A DNA stretch of 31,619 nucleotides from Candidatus Competibacteraceae bacterium (lineage in GTDB: Bacteria; Pseudomonadota; Gammaproteobacteria; Competibacterales; Competibacteraceae), in contig DAIUCA010000002.1 of the NCBI GenBank assembly GCA_036846405.1, forward strand, positions 2,881 through 34,499, written 5' to 3'. A program made the translations under genes and the position numbers. Of the stretch, positions 24,025 through 31,619 are shown in pieces (position 1 is the first letter of the stretch; each line of letters opens with the position of its first letter). The notes beneath the pieces were generated by a model, which saw only the letters and a list, made by a program, of their open reading frames with translations, was not told where the DNA came from and made no database searches.

Positions 24025-27000
24025 ATGACTGCCCTCGATTCTGCGGCCGCTCTGTTTGCGACCGCGCTGAAACTTTCCGAAGACGACGCCGCGCATCTCG
24101 TCGCCACCGCGTCCCTGCGGCTCACCCCGCCGGGCACCGTCGTCATCCGCGAAGGCGATCAGGCGGAAGCGGCTTACATCGTGGCCCGTGGCCTGTTGCA
24201 GGTGCAGGTGCGGGACAGCGCCGGTCTACCGCGCGTCGTCGCCCGCCTAGAAGCTGGCACGCTGTTTGGCGAACAGGCCCTGTTGCCGGGCCGTTCCCAG
24301 CGCAACGCCACGGTCATCGCCGTGGAAGAGTCCCAGGTGTGGACGATTCCCGCCGCCGCCTTCCGCCAACTGCTCGGGCGTCAACCCCAGTTGGCGGCGC
24401 TGTTGGATGCGGAAGGTCGGCGCCAAGCCCTGGGACGTCTCGCGCGCCAGTCGAATTTGCTGTCGGCGCTCACGGATGCGTTGCCCACCCACGAAGGCTT
24501 AATCGTGCGCCACCTGCGGGATAACGAGCGGCTCTTTGCGGAAGGCGACCCCGCCGATGCCGCGTACGTGGTGCTGCGGGGGGTGTTGTTGGTGCAGCGC
24601 CCGAACGACCAGGGCCAGCCGACCACGCTCAGTCGCCTGGGCGCGGGCGAGTTAGTGGGCGAATTGGCGGTGTTAGAGAACCAAAGCCGCGCCGCGAGCG
24701 TGGTGGCGAGTGGCAGCGTCGAGGTGTTGGGGATTCCGGCCGAGGCGTTTCGCCAGGCCCTAGCCCAATTGCCCGATTTAGCCGCCCTCACCGAGACCTT
24801 AAAGGCGGTGTATCGCCTGCCCCAGCGGGGACTCGTGGTGCGCCACAGCGGTTATTGGGAAGGGGAACCCTGTGTGGTGTGCGCGTTTCGGCTCCCCGAC
24901 GACCGCCGCGCTGCCGCCCGCCGACTTCTGCGCCAGGCGGTCACCGATCTCAGCATCACCGACGCCGAACCCAGCCAAACGCTCCGCAGCCCCGACGGCC
25001 AGGTGGAACTGCGCCTGCATCGCCAGGTGATCGTCGGCATCACTGCCCCGACGGAATGGCCCGATTTGAGCGTCATGGCCGGTTGGCTGTTGGACGGTCG
25101 GCCCCTCGAACCCTGGCGGCGCATCGCCTTCGAGACCCGGGGCACCTGTTTACTCGCGCCGCCGCCGTCATTTGGGCGGGACGACGAGCGGGTATGCCAT
25201 TGCTTGGGCACCACCGTGGGCGCCGTGCGCGCCGCCATCAGCATGGGCGCCCACACGGCGGAAGCCGTGGGCCACGTGACCGGCGCTGGCACCGTGTGTA
25301 GCGGCTGCATGGGGCCCTTGGCCCTGTTGATTGGCCGCGAGGATTACACCCTCTGTCGGCTGTCCACCCGCTCCCTCGACGACCACCAGCTGTTGGTGAG
25401 CCTCGCCCCGTTGGGCGGCATGCTCACCCCCACCCAGGCCGGCCAGCAGGTGCAGGTGGAAGCCCTGTGCGACGGCGCGTGGGTCGCCCGACGCTATTGG
25501 GTGGTGAATCCACGGGCGGCGGATCGCTACGACATCGCCGTGACCCGCGAACAGGATGACCCGTTATCCCATTGGTTTTACCAAGCGCCCGAAGGCAGTT
25601 TGGTGCGGGTGTCGCCGCCCCTGGGGAAACCGATTGACCTGCAAAATGGCCGTCCCCTGGTGTATTTGGTGGGCGATGCGGGCGCGGTGGTGGCCATCGC
25701 GACGGTGCGCAGTCAGCCGCTGCGGCCCACCACGGTGATTTACAGCGCCGCCCTGGCCCGCGCGGCCTGGCTGCCGGAACTCAAGCAGCTGGCGTCGCTG
25801 CATTTCATCGAGCTGCATTTCCACGACAGCACCGAATACACCCTCACGCCCATCGAAATCGTCGGTCATCTCAGTCGCCAGCCCGATGCGGAGCTGGTGG
25901 TGTGCGGCCCGTCGGCGCTCACCGACACCGGTCTCCAAGCGGTCGCCCAGGTGCCATCGGTTCAAGTGCAGATCGTGCGCCTGGAAACCGCCAGCCAGCC
26001 GCTCACGGATCTGCCGCTGCCGCCCCTGCGCCCACTGCCCTGCCCAACCCTGCTGCCGGGGCCGTCGACTCCCAACCTGGTCACCGCCGTCGGTACGCCC
26101 AGGGAAGAAACCGAGGGGTTTTTACAGCGATTTTTCGTCGAAAACCGCGTGCCGACCGCGTTTAGCGCCCGTTGGGACGAGGTGCAACCCCAGCTTTTGA
26201 CGGAAAGTGGCTATCAACCCACCCCCGAAGAGCTGGCGTACGGGGTGCGTATCGCCTGGCGTCAAAGCCGCAACGCCTTTGAACGGCCCTTTTGGCCCGA
26301 TGTGGCCGTGCGCGACGTGCGCCATCTCCATCACCCGGACGACGTGGCCCACGCGGTGTTCACCCATTTGGAGCTGGCTTACAACGGCGGCGCCGTGCGG
26401 CCTCTGGTGACCCTGTTCCAGGCAGACCGGGCCAATCGTCCCGGCCCACGGCTCTGGAACCCCGCCCTCCCCCTGTTCAGCAGCCAACGCCATCCCCAAC
26501 AGGCGGCCTTTGTGGCGGCAATCACCAAATTGGGTTGGCACTCCAGCGGCGACCTCTACGAAGTGCTGCCGCTGGTGGTGGAATGCGCGGGCTTTGCGCC
26601 GCAGATTTACCCCGTTCCCCCGGAAAAGGCCCTGGCGGTGGCCCTGGTGCATCCAGAACACCTGTGGTTCAAGACCCTAAATTTGCGGTGGAACACCCTG
26701 ATGGCCGTGGCCGACCAGCCCCTATGGCTGGCGGGGCAGGGGGATCGCAGCCCGCTGGTGAGCGGCGTGCAGTTGAGTCGGGCGGTGGTGGCGTGGTTAC
26801 AGGAGGCGGAAGGGGAATCGCTGCTGCTGCGGATTGCCGGTTATCTGCGCCTCGACACCCAACGAGACGCCAGTTTGTGGCGCTTAAAAGCCATGACCAC
26901 CTTGGAAGAGGCCGTGTTGTGGTCCTTTGAACGGGCAGGCGTCACCGTGGTGGAAACCTACAGCGCGGCTCGGCGGTTTGCGGCCTTTGTGGCCGCAGAA

Positions 27001-27129
27001 ACTGCCGCCAATCGCCCCCTGTGCCATCGAGACCAGTTGCAATTGCCGCTCTTGGGTAGCTTGGGCCTCGCGTGGGATCAATGGCCGAATTACGCCTGGA
27101 GTCCTGCATTTACGGCGCCTGCCCCCTAG
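24025..27129 (+). CDS. Multidomain redox/signalling protein: 2x cNMP-binding (CAP_ED) + BFD-like [2Fe-2S] + FNR-like FAD/NAD(P) reductase + C-terminal NOS-oxygenase-like domain lacking the heme-thiolate Cys
   Basis: cNMP domains roughly aa 20-125 and 155-250 (GTLFGEQALL...RNATVIAVE, GELVGELAVL...RAASVVAS). BFD-like 4-Cys motif C391-x-C393...C425-x2-C428 (VCHCLGTTVGAVRAAISMG...TGAGTVCSGCMG). FNR-like module with RRYWVV (RxYS-type) and LVYLVGDAGAVVAIATV. The C-terminal ~340 aa align with NOSoxy blocks: AWRQSRNAFERPFW (vs AWRNSNRCIGRLFW), VRPLVTLF (vs IRPTITIF), KLGWHSSGDLYEVLPLVV (vs ELGWRGERTDFDLLPLIF), LWRLKAMTTLEEAVLWSFERAGVTVVETYSAARRF (vs [35 protein letters not shown]). AGGAG RBS 7 nt upstream. 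Confidence 0.8.
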   Translation: MTALDSAAALFATALKLSEDDAAHLVATASLRLTPPGTVVIREGDQAEAAYIVARGLLQVQVRDSAGLPRVVARLEAGTLFGEQALLPGRSQRNATVIAVEESQVWTIPAAAFRQLLGRQPQLAALLDAEGRRQALGRLARQSNLLSALTDALPTHEGLIVRHLRDNERLFAEGDPADAAYVVLRGVLLVQRPNDQGQPTTLSRLGAGELVGELAVLENQSRAASVVASGSVEVLGIPAEAFRQALAQLPDLAALTETLKAVYRLPQRGLVVRHSGYWEGEPCVVCAFRLPDDRRAAARRLLRQAVTDLSITDAEPSQTLRSPDGQVELRLHRQVIVGITAPTEWPDLSVMAGWLLDGRPLEPWRRIAFETRGTCLLAPPPSFGRDDERVCHCLGTTVGAVRAAISMGAHTAEAVGHVTGAGTVCSGCMGPLALLIGREDYTLCRLSTRSLDDHQLLVSLAPLGGMLTPTQAGQQVQVEALCDGAWVARRYWVVNPRAADRYDIAVTREQDDPLSHWFYQAPEGSLVRVSPPLGKPIDLQNGRPLVYLVGDAGAVVAIATVRSQPLRPTTVIYSAALARAAWLPELKQLASLHFIELHFHDSTEYTLTPIEIVGHLSRQPDAELVVCGPSALTDTGLQAVAQVPSVQVQIVRLETASQPLTDLPLPPLRPLPCPTLLPGPSTPNLVTAVGTPREETEGFLQRFFVENRVPTAFSARWDEVQPQLLTESGYQPTPEELAYGVRIAWRQSRNAFERPFWPDVAVRDVRHLHHPDDVAHAVFTHLELAYNGGAVRPLVTLFQADRANRPGPRLWNPALPLFSSQRHPQQAAFVAAITKLGWHSSGDLYEVLPLVVECAGFAPQIYPVPPEKALAVALVHPEHLWFKTLNLRWNTLMAVADQPLWLAGQGDRSPLVSGVQLSRAVVAWLQEAEGESLLLRIAGYLRLDTQRDASLWRLKAMTTLEEAVLWSFERAGVTVVETYSAARRFAAFVAAETAANRPLCHRDQLQLPLLGSLGLAWDQWPNYAWSPAFTAPAP

Positions 27130-27160
27130 CCGCTGTCGCCCGTTTTTGCGGCCTAACCCG

Positions 27161-27174
27161 TTGATCTCAATCAA
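27161..27174. promoter_or_regulatory. Perfect FNR/Anr/Dnr-type box TTGATCTCAATCAA (TTGAT-N4-ATCAA) upstream of the chaN-sco1-pcuAC gene set
   Basis: Exact palindromic consensus half-sites with 4-nt spacer, centred about 110 nt upstream of the ChaN-like ATG (27277) and 32 nt after the NOS-like gene stop. Confidence 0.5.
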
Positions 27175-27276
27175 AAAATCGCGGGGATGTCCACTCGGTA
27201 AATGGCGCTTCAATCGAAGCGTCATTTGCGTTTTGGACGGTCGAACGAGGGCGTTGCCCATTAACTCCACCCAGGA

Positions 27277-28455
27277 ATGCCGCTGCCCATGCGCCGATTG
27301 ACTGTTCTTGCCGTTCACCTGCTGTGTTTGTTGCCGCTGCTGTTTGGGGTTGCCCACGCCCAAAGCTGTGCCACCAGTGCGGGGCGTTGGTTTGATCCCA
27401 CGCTGCAAATTCCGCGAGACGCCGCGCCGTTGTTCACCGCCATGGCGCGCCGCGCCGTGGTGCTGCTGGGCGAACAACACGACCAGGCGAGCCACCACCG
27501 ATGGCAGCTCCACACCCTCGCCGGGCTGTACGCCCACCAGCCGAACCTGGTCATTGGCCTAGAAATGCTGCCCCGCAGCGTGCAGCCGGTGCTGGATCGC
27601 TTCAGCCGTGGCGAATTGGATGAAGTGGCGTTTTTGGCCGAAAGCCGCTGGCAAGAGCATTGGGGCTTCGATACGGAGCTGTATTTGCCGATTTTGCGCT
27701 TTGCCCAAATGCATCGCTTGCCCCTAGTCGCCCTCAACGTGGATCGCGATTTGATTAGCGAAGTCGCCCGCGTGGGCTGGGCCAAGGTGCCGATGGAACG
27801 GCGGGAAGGGCTTGGCGATCTGCTGCCGGCCACCCCTGCCTATCGCGCCGAATTGGCCCAGGTGTTTGGCCACAAAAATCCCGATCATCAACAAGACGAG
27901 GCGGCGTTTGATCGCTTTGTCGAAGCGCAACTCACCTGGGATCGGGCCTTTGCCGAGGGATTGATTCAGGCCCGTCGTGCCCACAACAACGCCCTCGCCG
28001 TGGGGTTGGTGGGCCGCTTCCACGCCCAATTTGGTCACGGCGTTGGCCAACAGCTTTTAGATTTGGGCGTGTTAGACGGCGCGACCCTGTTGCCGGTCCC
28101 GGTGAGCGACTGCGAACAGGTGGTGCCGGGTCTGGCCGATGCGGTGTTTTTATTAGATGACCACCAAGTGCTCGCCGAAGCCGACGGCGAACCGCTGCGC
28201 TTGGGGGTACAGGTCGCGGACGGCGCCGACGGCGTGTTAGTGCAAACCGTGGTGAGCGACAGTGTGGCCGCCGCCGCCGGCCTGCAAACCGACGATGTGA
28301 TCGCCCAAGCGGCGGGCCTCGACATTCGACAAGCCACAGAATTGCAGGCGCTGGTACGGCGCCAAGCCCCGGGCACCTGGCTACCGCTCACCGTCAAACG
28401 GCGCGGCCAGGTGCTGGATTTAGTGGCTAAATTCGCCGCCAAACCCCTGCCCTAA
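27277..28455 (+). CDS. ChaN-family (DUF399/Tiki-like) haem-binding periplasmic protein with C-terminal PDZ domain
   Basis: Signal peptide MPLPMRRLTVLAVHLLCLLPLLFGVAHA. ChaN hallmark VVLLGEQHD plus downstream LVALNVDRDLI. The C-terminal ~90 aa (GVQVADGADGVLVQTVVSDSVAAAAGLQTDDVIAQAAGLDIRQATELQALVRRQAPGTWLPLTVKRRG) form a PDZ domain. Confidence 0.65.
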   Translation: MPLPMRRLTVLAVHLLCLLPLLFGVAHAQSCATSAGRWFDPTLQIPRDAAPLFTAMARRAVVLLGEQHDQASHHRWQLHTLAGLYAHQPNLVIGLEMLPRSVQPVLDRFSRGELDEVAFLAESRWQEHWGFDTELYLPILRFAQMHRLPLVALNVDRDLISEVARVGWAKVPMERREGLGDLLPATPAYRAELAQVFGHKNPDHQQDEAAFDRFVEAQLTWDRAFAEGLIQARRAHNNALAVGLVGRFHAQFGHGVGQQLLDLGVLDGATLLPVPVSDCEQVVPGLADAVFLLDDHQVLAEADGEPLRLGVQVADGADGVLVQTVVSDSVAAAAGLQTDDVIAQAAGLDIRQATELQALVRRQAPGTWLPLTVKRRGQVLDLVAKFAAKPLP

Positions 28456-28478
28456 CCCGACCTTCTACTGGTTCACCC

Positions 28479-29120
28479 ATGACGCAACGACTTGTCTTGC
28501 TCTCGTTCACCGCCTTGCTGCTCGGCGTGGCGGTGGCGCTATTTCTGCCGCGCCCCACGGCCCCAGACATCGGCGGTTTTATTCTGCAACCGCCTAAACC
28601 GCTCCCCGAGTTTGTCTTAACCGGCGACGACGGCCAGCCGTTCACTCCCGATAGCCTGCGGGGCCAATGGCAATTTCTGTTCTTTGGCTACACCTTCTGT
28701 CCGGACATCTGCCCCATGGCCCTGCTGGAGTTCTCCAAAGTGCAAAAAGCCTTGGCTGAACAAGGGGTTACCAATGTGGGGTTTCGGTTTATTTCCGTCG
28801 ATCCCGCCCGCGATACCCCGGCGCGGCTCCACGAATTTGTCGGGTATTTCAATCCCACCTTCGCGGCGGCGACGGGCGATCGGGCAGAAATCGACCGTTT
28901 AGCCCAATCGGTGGGCGCGGTGTATCGAATTAACGAACCCGAACCGGGCAAGAGTTATTACCTGGTGGATCACTCGGCGACGGTGATGATTCTGAACCCC
29001 GAGGGCCAACTGGCCGCCGTCATGTCGCCGCCTCACGACCCGCCCACGGTGACGAAGGATTTCATGGCGCTTCGACGGTTTTACGAAGCCTCCCAAGGAT
29101 TCTTTGCCCAAGGGCGGTAA
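28479..29120 (+). CDS. SCO1/SenC family copper chaperone (thioredoxin fold)
   Basis: N-terminal membrane anchor; CxxxC copper-binding motif in FFGYTFCPDICPMAL; conserved His in YYLVDHSATVMILNPEG. Confidence 0.85.
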   Translation: MTQRLVLLSFTALLLGVAVALFLPRPTAPDIGGFILQPPKPLPEFVLTGDDGQPFTPDSLRGQWQFLFFGYTFCPDICPMALLEFSKVQKALAEQGVTNVGFRFISVDPARDTPARLHEFVGYFNPTFAAATGDRAEIDRLAQSVGAVYRINEPEPGKSYYLVDHSATVMILNPEGQLAAVMSPPHDPPTVTKDFMALRRFYEASQGFFAQGR

Positions 29121-29230
29121 GACGCAGGGGTAGGCCCTGCGCCTACCCACTGCGACAATCGGTCGCAGGGTCACCGCCCACAAAATGCGGTCTGAACCCC
29201 GCCTTTTCACCTTCAACTGGAGACTATTCC

Positions 29231-29746
29231 ATGCGCATTTCGCAATTTTTTGCGCTTCTGTTGCTTGCACCCCTCGCGTTAGCGCAAGCCCACGAAGGCC
29301 ACGATCACAGCCATGACCATGACCACGATCACAGTCACGACCAGGCGGCGGTGAACGCGCCGATTACGGTGGAGAATGCGTGGGCGCGGGAGACGCCGCC
29401 GGGCGGCAAGGTCAGCGCGGCGTACATGACGATCACCGGATTGGCCGCAGATCGCCTGGTAAAAGCGAGCGGCGAGGTGGCACAAACCATCGAGCTACAT
29501 ACCCATCTGCTCGAGGATGGCGTCATGAAAATGCGGGAAATCAGCGGCATCGACGTGAACCCCGGCGAACCGGCGGTGCTGCGTCCCGGTGGGCTGCACA
29601 TCATGCTCATCGACCTGGTGGAACCGCTGAAAACCGACGATTCCTTCTTCTTAACCCTGCATTTCGAGAAGGCCGGCGAGTTGACCTTTGAGATTCCCGT
29701 GAAGCGCGGCCCGTCCGCAGCGATGCCGATGCCGCACGCCCATTAG
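29231..29746 (+). CDS. PCu(A)C periplasmic copper chaperone (DUF461) with His/Asp-rich N-terminal extension
   Basis: Signal peptide; HEGHDHSHDHDHDHSHD metal-binding repeat; PCuAC core (VENAWARETPPGGKVSAAYMTITG...HIMLIDL) and C-terminal MPMPHAH Met/His copper motif. Confidence 0.85.
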   Translation: MRISQFFALLLLAPLALAQAHEGHDHSHDHDHDHSHDQAAVNAPITVENAWARETPPGGKVSAAYMTITGLAADRLVKASGEVAQTIELHTHLLEDGVMKMREISGIDVNPGEPAVLRPGGLHIMLIDLVEPLKTDDSFFLTLHFEKAGELTFEIPVKRGPSAAMPMPHAH

Positions 29747-29810
29747 TCTCACGAGGGCAAACCCCAGGGCGACGGCGACGGTCAATCGAAGCGATTTTCC
29801 TCACTGTTGA

Positions 29811-30302
29811 GTGTTTCTCATGTCCACGCCGGCCCTGTTATTGATCAATACCCTAGTTTTTCTCGTCGCGTTGGCGGGTTGCTTACTCATTGGTGGGTTG
29901 TATCTGAACCAGCCGCCGATCCAAGAGCCACCGGGGTTTTGGCCCCGTCTGAATGTGTATTTGACCACCAATGTCGCCGAAACCCGTCTGAATCATCCCT
30001 TTCCGGAATTGGAGTTACGGCGCTACACCCTGGCGCCCGCCCACCTGTTCGCCAAGGTGGAACAGGCATTAACGAGCTTGGGCTGGGAAGTGGTCGAGCG
30101 CGACCCGCTGACTTACCAGCTCCGCGCCGTCATCGAGACGCCGTTAATGCGCTTTCGCGACGATTTCACCGTGAAAATTATTCCCAACGGCCAAGGCAGC
30201 GAACTCCATCTGCGTTCCCAATCGCGGGTAGGACGGGGCGACTTAGCCGCCAACACCCGTCACATCATGCTGCTCTACGCCGCCCTCGCCCACCAAGCCT
30301 AG
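29811..30302 (+). CDS. DUF1499 family protein (N-terminal TM anchor)
   Basis: 163 aa. N-terminal hydrophobic helix; C-terminal RSQSRVGRGDLAANTRHI matches the DUF1499 signature (SRxGxSDxGxNxxR). Confidence 0.65.
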   Translation: MFLMSTPALLLINTLVFLVALAGCLLIGGLYLNQPPIQEPPGFWPRLNVYLTTNVAETRLNHPFPELELRRYTLAPAHLFAKVEQALTSLGWEVVERDPLTYQLRAVIETPLMRFRDDFTVKIIPNGQGSELHLRSQSRVGRGDLAANTRHIMLLYAALAHQA

Positions 30303-30928
30303 TGGTAGGTCTGGCGCAGGGATAAGGGCTTGGTCGTCGCGGCAATCGGTTCAATCCCCAACTGCCGCAGTTGCCCCGCGAGCCGCGCACTCCCTGTGCG
30401 CTGCCATTTCTCGTACAGCCGCATCACGTCGTGGTTATTGGTGAAATACGCCCGCTCACAGACTTCGTTCAACACATCTACAAACTGCCGAAACTGCGCG
30501 GCGAGGGCCTGAAAAATATCGGCACGCGTACGCCAGCGGGTGGACTGGTGGTGCAGTGCCGACAAACTCCCGTAGGCATTGCCGCCCATGGCGATGTAGT
30601 AATCCACATCGACACATTGGCGATTAAGCGCATCGGGAAACACGCCGCTCACAAAGAGGGCCACATCGCCCAGGCGTTGCAGATTCTGGTTGCGCACCTC
30701 CTCATTGGGCGCCTCCAGCGCCTCGGCGTAGTGCATCGCCAGGGGCCGCAGTTCCACCCCGTTTTGGGTGTGCTCAAACAGAGAATCGCTGCGCGAAAAC
30801 ACCGTGAGTAATCGCGTCAGATAATGGCTCGTGGCCGCATCGGTGCGGACCTTCTGATGGGTAATCGCTTGTTGGATTTGTTCGTGAAAAAACACCGTGA
30901 GGTCACTGGATGCAATCAGCGCGGTCAT
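30299..30928 (-). CDS. Hypothetical protein (no recognised domain)
   Basis: 209-aa ORF with plausible composition, no overlapping better ORF. It is convergent with the DUF1499 gene, stop codons overlapping by 4 nt. Start is about 150 nt downstream of the groL terminator. Confidence 0.45.
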   Translation of the reverse strand: MTALIASSDLTVFFHEQIQQAITHQKVRTDAATSHYLTRLLTVFSRSDSLFEHTQNGVELRPLAMHYAEALEAPNEEVRNQNLQRLGDVALFVSGVFPDALNRQCVDVDYYIAMGGNAYGSLSALHHQSTRWRTRADIFQALAAQFRQFVDVLNEVCERAYFTNNHDVMRLYEKWQRTGSARLAGQLRQLGIEPIAATTKPLSLRQTYH

Positions 30929-31074
30929 GACTTATCCCCTGGTTAACTCGTTGATTTATAACGGTTTTTTAGCAAGTAACCCTTGCAAAACAGGTTGTAG
31001 CAACCCCTATCCCTCGCCGACAAGAGAAGCAAAGCCAATGCCGTTTTTCAGGTTCAGAACCCTGCGGCAGTGCC

Positions 31075-31104
31075 AAAAAAAAAGCGGAACCCGAAGGTTC
31101 CGCT
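31075..31104 (-). terminator. Rho-independent terminator of groL
   Basis: On the minus strand: agcggaacc-ttcg-ggttccgct followed by TTTTTTTTT (the plus strand shows AAAAAAAAAgcggaacccgaaggttccgct). It sits 28 nt after the groL stop. Confidence 0.75.
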
Positions 31105-31131
31105 GTTTCGTCGAGGCCGTTGAGGCGTCGA

Positions 31132-31619
31132 TTACATATCCATATCGGCGCTGCTGGATTTGCCGTCTTTCTTCACTTTTTCCGCCACCATCGCTTCGGT
31201 GGTCAACAACAGCCCGGCCACGGAGGACGCGTTCTGCAACGCCGAACGGGTCACCTTGGTGGGATCGAGAATCCCCATGGCCACCATGTCGCCGTACTCG
31301 CCCGTCGCCGCGTTGTACCCGTAGTTGCCCGTACCTTCGCGCACCTTGTTCAACACCACCGACGGCTCTTCGCCGGCATTCAGCACGATTTGACGCAACG
31401 GCTCTTCAATCGCCCGCTTGAGAATGCGAATGCCTGCATCCTGTTCTGCATTACTGCCCTTCAGCCCTTCCAGCGCATCTACCGTGCGAATCAGCGCCAA
31501 ACCGCCGCCGGGCAGAATGCCTTCTTCCACCGCCGCGCGGGTTGCGTGTAAGGCGTCTTCCACGCGGGCTTTCTTTTCCTTCATTTCGACTTCCGTCGCC
31601 GCACCGACCTTAATCACCG
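31132..31619 (-). CDS. groL: Chaperonin GroEL, C-terminal ~160 aa (5' part of gene beyond window end)
   Basis: ...[75 protein letters not shown]...[44 protein letters not shown] is the canonical GroEL equatorial C-terminus. The frame is open to the window end. Confidence 0.9.
   Translation of the reverse strand, partial: VIKVGAATEVEMKEKKARVEDALHATRAAVEEGILPGGGLALIRTVDALEGLKGSNAEQDAGIRILKRAIEEPLRQIVLNAGEEPSVVLNKVREGTGNYGYNAATGEYGDMVAMGILDPTKVTRSALQNASSVAGLLLTTEAMVAEKVKKDGKSSSADMDM

Noticed and set aside
24247-26661. Multiple 60-180-aa ORFs on both strands inside the 1034-aa gene (e.g. 24381..24791-, 24852..25310-, 24855..25301+, 26122..26661-, 26292..26930+)
   Set aside because: All are out-of-frame or antisense to an ORF with four independently recognisable domains. 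They are Arg/Pro/Gly-rich artefacts of high GC.
1-31619. CRISPR arrays, rRNA genes, integrases/transposases, phage genes
   Set aside because: No regularly spaced direct repeats, no rRNA-like conserved stretches, and no ORF with integrase or transposase catalytic signatures were found anywhere in the window.

Overview
This is a GC-rich proteobacterial chromosomal segment of about 31.6 kb, densely coding on both strands. Most of it is recognisable housekeeping. Minus strand: moeA (3' end truncated by the window edge) preceded by a divergent MoeA-like paralog, a coiled-coil/HTH protein and a GTPase-DUF697 protein in one apparent operon; a complete rnfABCDGE operon (13596..8596) followed by a Fe/Mn superoxide dismutase and a small Trp-rich protein; a DUF3422 membrane-anchored protein; a TauE/SafE exporter; metG; proS; a hypothetical protein; and the 3' end of groL. 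Plus strand: a glycine-zipper lipoprotein; a TAXI-type TRAP transporter (receptor plus fused DctQM permease); apbC/mrp; a MazE/MazF-like toxin-antitoxin pair wedged between apbC and dcd; dcd; an SPFH/band-7 protein; and a five-gene block 24025..30302. That block is the most unusual part. It opens with a 1034-aa multidomain protein: 2x cNMP-binding, BFD-like [2Fe-2S], FNR-like FAD/NAD reductase, and a C-terminal domain with clear nitric-oxide-synthase oxygenase (NOSoxy) similarity in which the heme-thiolate Cys position is Ala and the arginine-binding Glu/Trp positions are not conserved. It is followed, behind a perfect FNR/Dnr-type box (TTGAT-N4-ATCAA), by a ChaN-like haem-binding protein with a PDZ domain, a SCO1/SenC copper chaperone, a PCuAC copper chaperone and a DUF1499 protein. 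A 520-bp non-coding gap between proS and the SPFH gene carries a tRNA-like T-arm/anticodon-arm motif and an orphan intrinsic terminator. No rRNA, CRISPR array or IS element was found.
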